A stretch of 64,000 nucleotides of DNA from a virus (lineage: Duplodnaviria; Heunggongvirae; Uroviricota; Caudoviricetes): positions 57,364 through 121,363 of the IMG/VR virus record IMGVR_UViG_3300043466_002831; one strand, 5' to 3'. The translations under genes were made by a program, and so were the position numbers. This document shows positions 55,157 to 63,916 of the stretch, piece by piece. Numbering within the stretch: the first letter of the stretch is position 1; the number at the start of each line of letters is the position of its first letter. A model generated the notes under the pieces. It was not told the DNA's origin. It did no database searches and worked only from the letters and a program-made list of their open reading frames with translations.

Positions 55157-55449
55157 TGGATATCGATAAGATTGAAAAATATTTACAGACTTATTTGGAT
55201 GAAGTAATCTCACCTGAAATTAATAGTGAGTTGGTTGGTGAAGACGATGAACCAATTAAACTTACGATATATAAAATAACTTTTGGTGATGCAAATCCTA
55301 ATAGGATGAATTTCTTTTTAGATATGGACCCTGATTATTCAAAAGGGAGTATCACCAATAGAATAAATCTTGAGTTATCAAGATTTGCTAATATGTTAGG
55401 TATAGAAAAAAATCTACACGTTTATTGGAATAAAAGACCTTTACATTAA
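55150..55449 (+). CDS. hypothetical protein
   Basis: 99-aa ORF. Confidence 0.45.
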   Translation: MVMDIDKIEKYLQTYLDEVISPEINSELVGEDDEPIKLTIYKITFGDANPNRMNFFLDMDPDYSKGSITNRINLELSRFANMLGIEKNLHVYWNKRPLH

Positions 55450-55450
55450 T

Positions 55451-55720
55451 ATGGATTTCCCATTTGAACAAATAGAAAAAGAAGGTAAGTTAGTTAGAAC
55501 ATTCAGTCCTGATGTGGATGAGGACGAACTTCAATGGCATCAAGATTTAAAAGACCGAGAAGTTACCGTAGTTGAAGGTAATGGATGGTTATTTCAAATG
55601 GAAAATGAATTGCCAATCAAATTAGAAGATGCCAAACAAATATTCATTCCGAAACTTGCTTGGCATCGTGTTCTAAAAGGTTCGGGTAACTTAATAGTCG
55701 AGATTAAAGAATTTGATTAA
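55451..55720 (+). CDS. hypothetical protein
   Basis: 89-aa ORF. Confidence 0.45.
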   Translation: MDFPFEQIEKEGKLVRTFSPDVDEDELQWHQDLKDREVTVVEGNGWLFQMENELPIKLEDAKQIFIPKLAWHRVLKGSGNLIVEIKEFD

Positions 55721-56832
55721 CCTGCTTGGTCGGGATAATCGTAACCAACAACTTCCTCATCTTGACTTTCCACATCAACCAATCTATGAAGTTCATTAAT
55801 AAATTCACGATTAAGTTCGTGGTTCATAATTTCAGTTAATTCCTCCTCAGCTGTAAGTCCTTGTTCGATATCACGAGCTCTCATAGGTATTAATCTTCTA
55901 ATATTTCGTAATCTAGGTCTCACTTCCACTTCGTCAGTTGGAATTGCTTCCTCAGAATATTTGTTTTTTCGACCCTCCAATTCTATAAGTTGTCGGTTTC
56001 TTTCTTCATCAGATAATAATTCAAAGTTAGCTTTAACTTGTTCTTTAAATTCTTTTCTAATTACATCCATTACAACAATAGGTAATCCACTGTCCATTGA
56101 ATCGATTCTTTGGTCTACAATATCCCAAAATGATGTCTCTTTTTCATGTTGGTCAAGGCTTTTAAATGCCCCAACTTTATCACCCGTAATTTTGTTAATA
56201 CAATAAATCAAAATACCTCTTCTCGAATATCTCAAGTAATAATCGGGATTTTCTTTTGAGGCGGTACACCATTTGGTGCTTGCACCATATTTTAAAGATG
56301 CTTGGTATGACATAGGTTTAATAACCAACCACTCATTATCTTCATATAACTTATGAGTTTGTTTAGATAATTCTTTATCCATATTCTTAAGTTCTGACAA
56401 AGAAATTTGTAATTCGATATCCCTAAAAGTTTTGTATTTGGTTACGTCATTTTGAGTAATTAAGTTTCGTTCATTTAAATCTATAAACTCTTTAAACATT
56501 CTGTAATTATTATACCCAATAAAATGACCCATGAATAATGTTAGTTTCATTAATTCTGCGGTATCCATATTTTTGAGTACCTCTTCATCATAACCAAATT
56601 CTCTCAACTCATATACATAATCGTTTCGACGATTATCATTATCGTGTTCTTTCATTCGGTCATTTTTAATTAAATTAACCAACATCTCTGTGTATTTACT
56701 TTTACCCACAAAATCGTTGATGATTTCAATACCATCGATGGTTAAGAACGGGTTTTGTTTTTTAAGTTCATTAATTCGTGACATATTTTCTTTTGTTTTT
56801 TTAATTATAGTAAAATAAAAATTTAAGTTCAA
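55717..56832 (-). CDS. hypothetical protein
   Basis: 371-aa minus ORF. Confidence 0.55.
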   Translation of the reverse strand: MNLNFYFTIIKKTKENMSRINELKKQNPFLTIDGIEIINDFVGKSKYTEMLVNLIKNDRMKEHDNDNRRNDYVYELREFGYDEEVLKNMDTAELMKLTLFMGHFIGYNNYRMFKEFIDLNERNLITQNDVTKYKTFRDIELQISLSELKNMDKELSKQTHKLYEDNEWLVIKPMSYQASLKYGASTKWCTASKENPDYYLRYSRRGILIYCINKITGDKVGAFKSLDQHEKETSFWDIVDQRIDSMDSGLPIVVMDVIRKEFKEQVKANFELLSDEERNRQLIELEGRKNKYSEEAIPTDEVEVRPRLRNIRRLIPMRARDIEQGLTAEEELTEIMNHELNREFINELHRLVDVESQDEEVVGYDYPDQAG

Positions 56833-56842
56833 ACTTTTTTTG

Positions 56843-56850
56843 TATCTTTG
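56843..56850 (+). promoter_or_regulatory. -7 promoter box TATCTTTG, 4 nt upstream of ATG 56855
   Basis: TAnnTTTG-N4-ATG; supports the revised start of the signal-peptide gene. Confidence 0.5.
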
Positions 56851-56854
56851 TTAT

Positions 56855-57292
56855 ATGAAAACGATACTCACAACAATATTACTTCTTTTATCATTGACTG
56901 TCAAGTCCCAACAGTGTGATGTTTTATATGTCCCAAGTCAAAAAAGTTTGGTTGCTTCATACAATTATAAACAAATTGGTTTATATGTTGGAGGGTATTA
57001 TGTGACGACTTTTCCACAACCATTTATCTACACAACACCTTTGTCTATTGTAAACCGTGTTGGATTAACGTTTGTAAATAAAAACAATACGTTTAGTGTT
57101 ATGGGTGGTGCATATCTTAAAACTTACTTTGACCGTGTAGAGATGACACCTGATATTTGGGTTAAAATTTACCCGATTAGAATGTTGACTGGAGATAAAT
57201 CCAATCTTGATTTTGCTGTAGGCGTAAATTATATGAACGGATTTAGACTAGGAATTGGATTATCTATTCCATATTGGAGTATTTATAAGTAA
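56855..57292 (+). CDS. small secreted, possibly outer-membrane beta-barrel-like protein
   Basis: Signal peptide MKTILTTILLLLSLTVKSQQ from the ATG at 56855 (TATCTTTG-N4 upstream); alternating-hydrophobic, aromatic-rich body. Confidence 0.45.
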   Translation: MKTILTTILLLLSLTVKSQQCDVLYVPSQKSLVASYNYKQIGLYVGGYYVTTFPQPFIYTTPLSIVNRVGLTFVNKNNTFSVMGGAYLKTYFDRVEMTPDIWVKIYPIRMLTGDKSNLDFAVGVNYMNGFRLGIGLSIPYWSIYK

Positions 57293-58296
57293 TGAACATA
57301 ATTGATTTCCCTATAGAACGTCTTAATGAATTTTTAAGTAACCATTCATTTGTGGTTACAAAGCCGTTGGGCGAAAACATAGAAATTGGAGGTAACGTAA
57401 CAGTCAAGGTTAAATTAACGGGAATTAAACCAATGATTTCAGTTGGTGATTGGAAAGATTTTATTGAATATACAATAATAATAGAGGATATTGATGATTC
57501 TTATCTTAAAGGAATTTTTGGTCATTTATTTGCCGCAGTTAAAACACAAGATTATGCTATTGCGAATACCGATACAACATTTTACCTGATTACATCACAA
57601 GTTAATGGATTATTACGTAATTTTCTAAGATATTTTAACATCGACAACTATGTGACTTGTACTAGAATTATTGACAAAGCAACAAACATTGACCCAAAAT
57701 ATATGACCGAAAGTATAATCACTGAAGATAAATATGATAATGCCATTAGACAAGTGGTTAGGGATATTATGTCAGTTTTTAAATATCAAAAAGAAGGTGA
57801 TTATCAATTACCTGAGGATATTTCAACTGATGAAAATGACATGGTTTATGATTTTCCTGAATTAGGTTCTAGTTTTACCGTTAATTTAATAATGAGTTTA
57901 AATGATGACATAGACACTATAGACGTTGATGCTGAATACTATGGAGACGATGATTCAATAGACGTTAGAATAGAGTCAAATCCAAATTTAGACCGAGAAA
58001 CTTTGCAAGAACTTTATTATGAATTAAATGAATTAGTTGCTCATGAATTACAACATTTAGTTCAAAATGATGAAGGATATAAGTTTCCAAAAAGAGAAAC
58101 AAAAAAATCTTTGAAGTATTATACTCAACCTCATGAAATAGAAGCTCAAATTACTGGTTTTAAACGAAGAGCAAAAAAAGAACAAAAACCTTATGAGGAT
58201 GTAGTTAGAAGTTGGTTTAAACGAAATCAGTTAAAACACAATTTAAATCCAAAACAAACTGAAATTGTGATAAATAAATTACTTGGGTCTGAATAA
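57292..58296 (+). CDS. HExxH-motif protein (putative metallopeptidase)
   Basis: VAHELQHLVQNDEGY. Confidence 0.45.
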   Translation: MNIIDFPIERLNEFLSNHSFVVTKPLGENIEIGGNVTVKVKLTGIKPMISVGDWKDFIEYTIIIEDIDDSYLKGIFGHLFAAVKTQDYAIANTDTTFYLITSQVNGLLRNFLRYFNIDNYVTCTRIIDKATNIDPKYMTESIITEDKYDNAIRQVVRDIMSVFKYQKEGDYQLPEDISTDENDMVYDFPELGSSFTVNLIMSLNDDIDTIDVDAEYYGDDDSIDVRIESNPNLDRETLQELYYELNELVAHELQHLVQNDEGYKFPKRETKKSLKYYTQPHEIEAQITGFKRRAKKEQKPYEDVVRSWFKRNQLKHNLNPKQTEIVINKLLGSE

Positions 58297-59036
58297 TGTT
58301 TGTTACTGCTAAAGTTGCCAAAAAATTTTTAATGCATGAACCATTCTTTGTTGAGGGTTTTGAATATCAATTTATATCGGTAGAACCCCATGAAGATTGG
58401 GCGATAGATATTGTGGTTAATGTTGTTTTACCAAAAAAAGGTCAATCATTTGTCACAGAAAAATTTAGTTATGATATCCACTACATTATTAAAAGGTTTG
58501 GAGATTACTTTGGTTCTGGAATATCGTATAATGAAAAAATATTAGTTGATGGTAAACCAGTACCTGAAAAAGGTGTTTATATTAATGAAGAAGACCAAGA
58601 TGAAATAATAAATTCATTGAATGGTAACATGTCAAATTTCTCAATTATGAATATGAACACCAATTATGACACTTATAGAGTTAGAGGTAGTTTAACTTGG
58701 GAAAAACCAAACAAAAGATTTTATCAAGTTAATGAAGAGATTGATTTCTATTTTTATTATAACGTATCCGATGTTGTTGTGAATAATGGTGAATTAAATG
58801 TTAACCCAACTAAAATTAATGAATTCGCATCGACACTTAATGATAGATTACAAGATAATGACCAATTTAGGGACAAAATAGTCGATAATATCTATATGGT
58901 TTTAGAACCTAGTACTAAGATAGAAAATCTTGAAGTTTATTTTAATGCGAATTATTTCCTTAAAAGAATTAATGGTGAAGAGTACAATCCTACATCTCCT
59001 GAAATGGGATTTAAATGGAATATGTTTATCGAGTAA
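58296..59036 (+). CDS. hypothetical protein
   Basis: 246-aa ORF with ATGA-type coupling to the upstream gene. Confidence 0.5.
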   Translation: MFVTAKVAKKFLMHEPFFVEGFEYQFISVEPHEDWAIDIVVNVVLPKKGQSFVTEKFSYDIHYIIKRFGDYFGSGISYNEKILVDGKPVPEKGVYINEEDQDEIINSLNGNMSNFSIMNMNTNYDTYRVRGSLTWEKPNKRFYQVNEEIDFYFYYNVSDVVVNNGELNVNPTKINEFASTLNDRLQDNDQFRDKIVDNIYMVLEPSTKIENLEVYFNANYFLKRINGEEYNPTSPEMGFKWNMFIE

Positions 59037-59649
59037 ATTTCTTGACTAATTTCTTGATTGTGTCAGTTAAAACTGCCTGACTAACAATTACAACACCTGA
59101 AGCGATTAATCTTTTTGCAATTGTTTTTGCAATTGTTGTGGCGTCACCACCATTCATTACACCATTTAAAATATCCGTAATAATTGGAATTAAAAATGAG
59201 TATGCAACCAAATCCAAACTTGAACTTATTGTTACGTTAGCTGAAGATAAGAATTTTGAAAATGAATTTTTTAAATTTTTAGATTTGATTAGAACTTCTT
59301 TAAACGTGTCTTCAAGACCCTGTTCTTTAATTTTTTTATAAATTAGTTTTAATGCTCTTGAATTATCATAAAAAACTGAACATGCAATTCCAACCAATAT
59401 TAATGTTTGTTCTGTCTCATTTAATTCAAATCTACCTGTCCTAATGAATTTGTCTAATGGTAATACAAAACCACCAACTGACGCACCCCAAGTCAAAAGT
59501 AATTTAAGGTTTAACCCATAAATTGACTTAGCTCTATCAACAAGATTAGAAGTATATGAATACATCTCTTTCATGTAATCACTCATCTTAGATTGGTCTT
59601 GTTCCTGAAGTATTAATCTCAATTGAGATTCGTTAATTAAAAAATCCAT
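59026..59649 (-). CDS. NTM-like membrane protein
   Basis: MDFLINESQLRLILQEQDQ on the minus strand; several hydrophobic segments. Confidence 0.5.
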   Translation of the reverse strand: MDFLINESQLRLILQEQDQSKMSDYMKEMYSYTSNLVDRAKSIYGLNLKLLLTWGASVGGFVLPLDKFIRTGRFELNETEQTLILVGIACSVFYDNSRALKLIYKKIKEQGLEDTFKEVLIKSKNLKNSFSKFLSSANVTISSSLDLVAYSFLIPIITDILNGVMNGGDATTIAKTIAKRLIASGVVIVSQAVLTDTIKKLVKKFTR

Positions 59650-59682
59650 ATACTTATAAATATATCAAAGATATTTAATGTT

Positions 59683-60294
59683 ATGAGTAAACCAAGAAGA
59701 GAATTAAATCCGAAAGTAACAAATGGTGATAGAGTTATGTGTTTACACATGGATGGTGAGATATCCATACCCCCAATGACATTAGGAACCGTTAGAAATG
59801 TTGTTAGAGACCCTTTTGAGGACGATGCAGAGATTATTAATGTTACGTGGGATAATGGTAGTTCTTTAAGTTTATTATCACTTACAGATAGTTGGGTTAA
59901 AGAGCCCAAAGAACAAATTGAAGAACAGACAGGTTCAAGAGAATATGATTTCTTTTCGAAAAACCCTGAAATATTTGAAAACTTTGATTATAAGTTTTTA
60001 GTGAAATATTTGTATAAACTTAGAAAGTCTGGGGTTATTAATATGTTTCAATCTGCGGCATTTTTATATTCAGGTAGAGAGTGGATTGACAGATATTATG
60101 GTGAAAATGAGGAAGACAATGAATCATTTCAAGAACTTTTAGACATGGCTGAAGAATGTAGAAATAAAATGATTCAAGGTCTCATGAAATATATGGAATC
60201 CAAAAATATGGAGTTAGACGATATGAGTAGAGTTAATTCACTATTGAAAAGACTTGCCGACAAAATCGTCCAACTATATATAGCATTCGCTTAA
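59683..60294 (+). CDS. hypothetical protein
   Basis: 203-aa ORF. Confidence 0.5.
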   Translation: MSKPRRELNPKVTNGDRVMCLHMDGEISIPPMTLGTVRNVVRDPFEDDAEIINVTWDNGSSLSLLSLTDSWVKEPKEQIEEQTGSREYDFFSKNPEIFENFDYKFLVKYLYKLRKSGVINMFQSAAFLYSGREWIDRYYGENEEDNESFQELLDMAEECRNKMIQGLMKYMESKNMELDDMSRVNSLLKRLADKIVQLYIAFA

Positions 60295-61388
60295 TTGGAT
60301 AAAGGAGCTTTAATTGACTGATGGGATTGATAATCCTTTAAAGTAAAATCACCAACAACGTACGATTCAAAACCTGGTCTTGTTCCTGAATAAGTTGGGA
60401 ATTGATTTAAAGTCGGTAACTCAAATGGTTCTCTTGTAATCTGTTCTTTTGCTTGTTCAATGTGGTTAAGGTAAAGGTGTGTATCTCCCAAGTTTCCAAT
60501 TAACTGGTCAGGAACCATATTAACTTCTTTCGCTAAAATTGTTAATAAAAGTCCGTATGATGCAATGTTGAATGGTAAACCTAAAAACGTATCTACTGAA
60601 CGTTGATTCCACATTAAAGAGATTGCTCGTTTAGGAACATTATTCTCATTCATTTCTTGTTCAATGTGGTCATGATGCATGTGAGAACCTATTTTGTTTC
60701 CATACCAATTAAATCTTTCACTTTCGCTCAACTCTCTTGTATAAACTTGAAAGCCATAATGACAAGGAGGAAGTACCATTTGGTCTAATTCACCTACATT
60801 CCAAGCATTAACCATTAATCGTCTTGAGTCTGGATTTGTCTTAAGGTCGTTGATTAGGTTTGTGATTTGGTCTATTTTTTTTGTAAAAGTAAGGTATCTT
60901 CGGTTTTCATCAATATACCACTTTTCCCAACTTCTCCATTGTTTACCATAAATTGACCCTAATTCACCCCATTTCTTAGCAAACTCATCATCGGTTTTGA
61001 TTTTGTCAATGAATTCTTCTATTGTAAATGGTTCAGTTAATGTTCTATTTTTCTTAGAATTCTCTAATAATTTGGTTTTACCAACATATTCACCTTTATT
61101 ATATCTTTTAATATAGGCTTGGTAGGCATCACCATCCCAAATATGACATCTATTATCAACCAAATACTTGATGTTTGTATCACCACGTAGGAACCACAGT
61201 AATTCAGTTACCATAGTTTTCCAAGCCATCTTCTTGGTTGTAAGTAATGGAAACCCCTCTGACATATTATGACGGATTGTATAACCAAAGATTGATTTGG
61301 TTCCTGTTCCTGTACGGTCTTGTTTTTCAACTCCATAATCTAAAATTGACTGAAGTAAATCTTGATATTGTTTGTCTAATTTATTCAT
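60291..61388 (-). CDS. thyA: thymidylate synthase (ThyA family) with an insertion of about 50 aa
   Basis: DRTGTGTKSIFG, LLWFLRGDTN, YGKQWRSW, DSRRLMVNAWNVGELDQMVLPPCH (catalytic Cys; AWN fits dUMP specificity), FLGLPFNIASYGLL. The insertion lies between the GDAYQ and YGKQWR blocks. Confidence 0.8.
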   Translation of the reverse strand: MNKLDKQYQDLLQSILDYGVEKQDRTGTGTKSIFGYTIRHNMSEGFPLLTTKKMAWKTMVTELLWFLRGDTNIKYLVDNRCHIWDGDAYQAYIKRYNKGEYVGKTKLLENSKKNRTLTEPFTIEEFIDKIKTDDEFAKKWGELGSIYGKQWRSWEKWYIDENRRYLTFTKKIDQITNLINDLKTNPDSRRLMVNAWNVGELDQMVLPPCHYGFQVYTRELSESERFNWYGNKIGSHMHHDHIEQEMNENNVPKRAISLMWNQRSVDTFLGLPFNIASYGLLLTILAKEVNMVPDQLIGNLGDTHLYLNHIEQAKEQITREPFELPTLNQFPTYSGTRPGFESYVVGDFTLKDYQSHQSIKAPLSN

Positions 61389-61391
61389 TTG

Positions 61392-61604
61392 TTAATCTTG
61401 TTTTGTTCCTAAAGCCCAAACCGAGTTTGGGAATAACTCTTTTCTTAATTTTAATATAGTATCTCTATGTTCTTGGAATTTATCTCCCATAACAGATTTG
61501 TGTCCATTTAAAACTGCTTTGGTTATTTCATAATCTAATTTTGATATTAGAGCTGATTTTTCAATGTCAGTCATATTATTCAAATATTTGTATTTTGGCA
61601 TCAA
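61392..61604 (-). CDS. hypothetical small protein
   Basis: 70-aa minus ORF. Confidence 0.4.
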   Translation of the reverse strand: MMPKYKYLNNMTDIEKSALISKLDYEITKAVLNGHKSVMGDKFQEHRDTILKLRKELFPNSVWALGTKQD

Positions 61605-62202
61605 CCTCTTTAAGTTCAGACCATGTACCCAAATAAGTTACTGCTCTAACTTTTCGGTTATCAATCCAAACATATTCTTGATTATCTTTTATTCTTGGTT
61701 TGTCCATAACAAGTCCATGGTATTTGAACCCATTATTTTTTAACCAAGTTTCAGTAACTTCTTTGTCCTTACTTTCACGTGCGGTGAAGAATGTGATAAC
61801 ATGACCCTCATCGTACCACTTGTTGATTATCTCTAACGCTGAAAGGTACAATTGAGCTGTTGAGTACAAATGACTATCTTCATTCTTAATGTCGTCACAG
61901 ATTGTCCCATCAATGTCAATCATGAATACTTTGGTGAATTGTTTATCGTCCACCAATATTCTTGCAACTGCAGAATGACTAACAATGTTTTTATCTGTTA
62001 CATAACAATCAGGTTCAATTTCAAATTCAACCTCATCACCATCTTTTAGGTTATATTTCCCACTATTAATTTTTTTGACAGATGATTCAGATACTCTATA
62101 TGAGTAATCCGAATGAATAAACCAACCTTCAACCGAGTTGATGAAGGTTGGGTCAGATTCAGAATATGTTAATTTACCCTTCATGGTTTGTTTTAAATTC
62201 AT
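61576..62202 (-). CDS. HAD-superfamily phosphatase (nucleotidase or polynucleotide 3'-phosphatase-like)
   Basis: HAD motif I FMIDIDGTI; downstream FFTARE and K...D motifs. There is no P-loop kinase domain. Confidence 0.6.
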   Translation of the reverse strand: MNLKQTMKGKLTYSESDPTFINSVEGWFIHSDYSYRVSESSVKKINSGKYNLKDGDEVEFEIEPDCYVTDKNIVSHSAVARILVDDKQFTKVFMIDIDGTICDDIKNEDSHLYSTAQLYLSALEIINKWYDEGHVITFFTARESKDKEVTETWLKNNGFKYHGLVMDKPRIKDNQEYVWIDNRKVRAVTYLGTWSELKEVDAKIQIFE

Positions 62203-62596
62203 TTATTAATCTTTCAATTCGAACTCTTCCCTTTTCACCAATCGGAATTGGGTTTCCTTCTTCATCAATTCTAACAAATCTTATGTTAGTTTTCAAGACC
62301 ACAACCTGATTTCCAGTATAAACATTGTGAGCTCTTGCTTCCATGTATAATGTAATTGAGGTATTACCTAATTTGCTTGGATGTCCATAAATTTTTAACA
62401 ATTGACCTTCTCTTGCTGGTTTCTCAAAATAACATTTATCTATAGATACGGTAACCATTCTTGGGTTATCGCATAATTGCATTGAGTATCCTGCAGCTGC
62501 AGCGTCAATCCATGCCAATAATTTTCCACCAAATAAGTTTCCGTGAAATCCTAAATCAGATTTCTTAATTGGGTGCGTGTTCAGTAATTCCATCAT
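62174..62596 (-). CDS. hotdog-fold acyl-CoA thioesterase (YciA-like)
   Basis: LGFHGNLFGGKLLAWIDAAAAGY...VTVSIDKCYF pattern typical of hotdog-fold thioesterases. Confidence 0.55.
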   Translation of the reverse strand: MMELLNTHPIKKSDLGFHGNLFGGKLLAWIDAAAAGYSMQLCDNPRMVTVSIDKCYFEKPAREGQLLKIYGHPSKLGNTSITLYMEARAHNVYTGNQVVVLKTNIRFVRIDEEGNPIPIGEKGRVRIERLINEFKTNHEG

Positions 62597-62771
62597 TCGT
62601 TTCTTTTAACCATTCTTGTTTATATTCTTCGCAAACCTCTTCATACACTTTGTAGTGGTCTGCCTTTGGGTTTATTTTAAAGATATCTTTCACTCTTTCC
62701 ATAACCTTATAGTAATATCCTCTTTCATGTGCGTGAATCAATCGTTCTTCGATTCTTTCTTCATTTGTCAT
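62565..62771 (-). CDS. hypothetical small protein
   Basis: 68-aa minus ORF. Confidence 0.4.
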   Translation of the reverse strand: MTNEERIEERLIHAHERGYYYKVMERVKDIFKINPKADHYKVYEEVCEEYKQEWLKETNDGITEHAPN

Positions 62772-62782
62772 AGTAAGTTGTT

Positions 62783-63838
62783 TTAAAGTTTTTTAAATTC
62801 AGGTTTAAGTATATTCCATATTAATTTATCGTATGGTTTTTCGTCCCACATTGCAAACATAACAGAACGATATGGTGGATGTGAATTTGTCATCACATGC
62901 TCCGCAAATTCTTTTTTAGTTGGTTCAGTTTCACGGTCACCGTATTTTCCATAACGGAAGTAATCGTGAGCTTTACCGCAGTGTTCAGAAACTTGGTAAA
63001 AACCATACTTTAATGTATCGGCATAGTCCTTAACTTTTTTGTAAAATTCGTCAGGAACATCTTTCAAAAATTCGTTAACATCACCACCATTAGATATGAA
63101 ATCCCATATACCAGTAGTTGATACGTTGGTCATTATCTTATGAAGTCGTAGGTATTCTTCACCTTTGATTTTCATTCGGTCTCCATTTGAAAACTTCACA
63201 ACAAATCCTTCGGCATTGCTCTCAACCATACCTTTCAAAGTGGTGTAATCTTTTATACCGTCATATCTTTTAACAACAGGGATACCTGACACGCTGTGCA
63301 TATTAACAACCGCCTCATAATCCAACTCTTTACCTGATACACGACTGGTCATACCTAACACAACCAATTTTTCCTCATCACCATAATCAACTACGATACG
63401 GTTCTCAGGATATATGATTTCAAATAAAGTGGCATAACCTTTTGGTATTGACTCCAAGTTGTATTTGGTATCCAACATCTCTCTTGCTTTAACGGCTTGA
63501 GTTGAAGTGAATGAACCTCTTGTAGCAACAACCCATTTACCCTCATAGAAAAACAAGATACCCAAAGAACCATCCATCTTTTCGTAAACCTCAAATTTTT
63601 CAGTTGGGGTGTGTCGGTTTTCCTCTATGTTGAAGAATTTCTTGAATGGGTATGCAACTATATTACCTTCGTTGTCAGTTACCAAACCACGACATTGTAA
63701 AGTTACTTCATCCCATTTTTGATTGTATTGAACGTCAGGAGAATAATTCCATATAGACAATGGCAAAGTTCGGTGGGTCTGTTTAAACAGGTGACCAGTT
63801 CTACTGTATTGCTCCAAAGTGTATAAGAATTCGTTCAT
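62783..63838 (-). CDS. rnlA: ATP-dependent RNA ligase (T4 RnlA-like)
   Basis: CRGLV...KFFNIEEN...EKMDGSLGI (nucleotidyltransferase motif I, KxDG); the pattern parallels T4 RNA ligase 1 (CRGIMF...KFFNLNEN...TKEDGSL). Confidence 0.7.
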   Translation of the reverse strand: MNEFLYTLEQYSRTGHLFKQTHRTLPLSIWNYSPDVQYNQKWDEVTLQCRGLVTDNEGNIVAYPFKKFFNIEENRHTPTEKFEVYEKMDGSLGILFFYEGKWVVATRGSFTSTQAVKAREMLDTKYNLESIPKGYATLFEIIYPENRIVVDYGDEEKLVVLGMTSRVSGKELDYEAVVNMHSVSGIPVVKRYDGIKDYTTLKGMVESNAEGFVVKFSNGDRMKIKGEEYLRLHKIMTNVSTTGIWDFISNGGDVNEFLKDVPDEFYKKVKDYADTLKYGFYQVSEHCGKAHDYFRYGKYGDRETEPTKKEFAEHVMTNSHPPYRSVMFAMWDEKPYDKLIWNILKPEFKKL

Positions 63839-63916
63839 GGGACAAAGATACGAATTTTTTGCATAAAAAAAATCCCCACCTGTAAAAAAGATGGGGAATT
63901 CAGTAATTAAATTTGA

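Noticed and set aside
60291-61388. ThyA homologue as a dCMP hydroxymethylase (DNA hypermodification enzyme)
   Set aside because: The specificity residue is Asn (AWN), as in dUMP-utilising thymidylate synthases, and the insert occupies a position known to vary among bona fide ThyA enzymes. A conventional thymidylate synthase is more likely.
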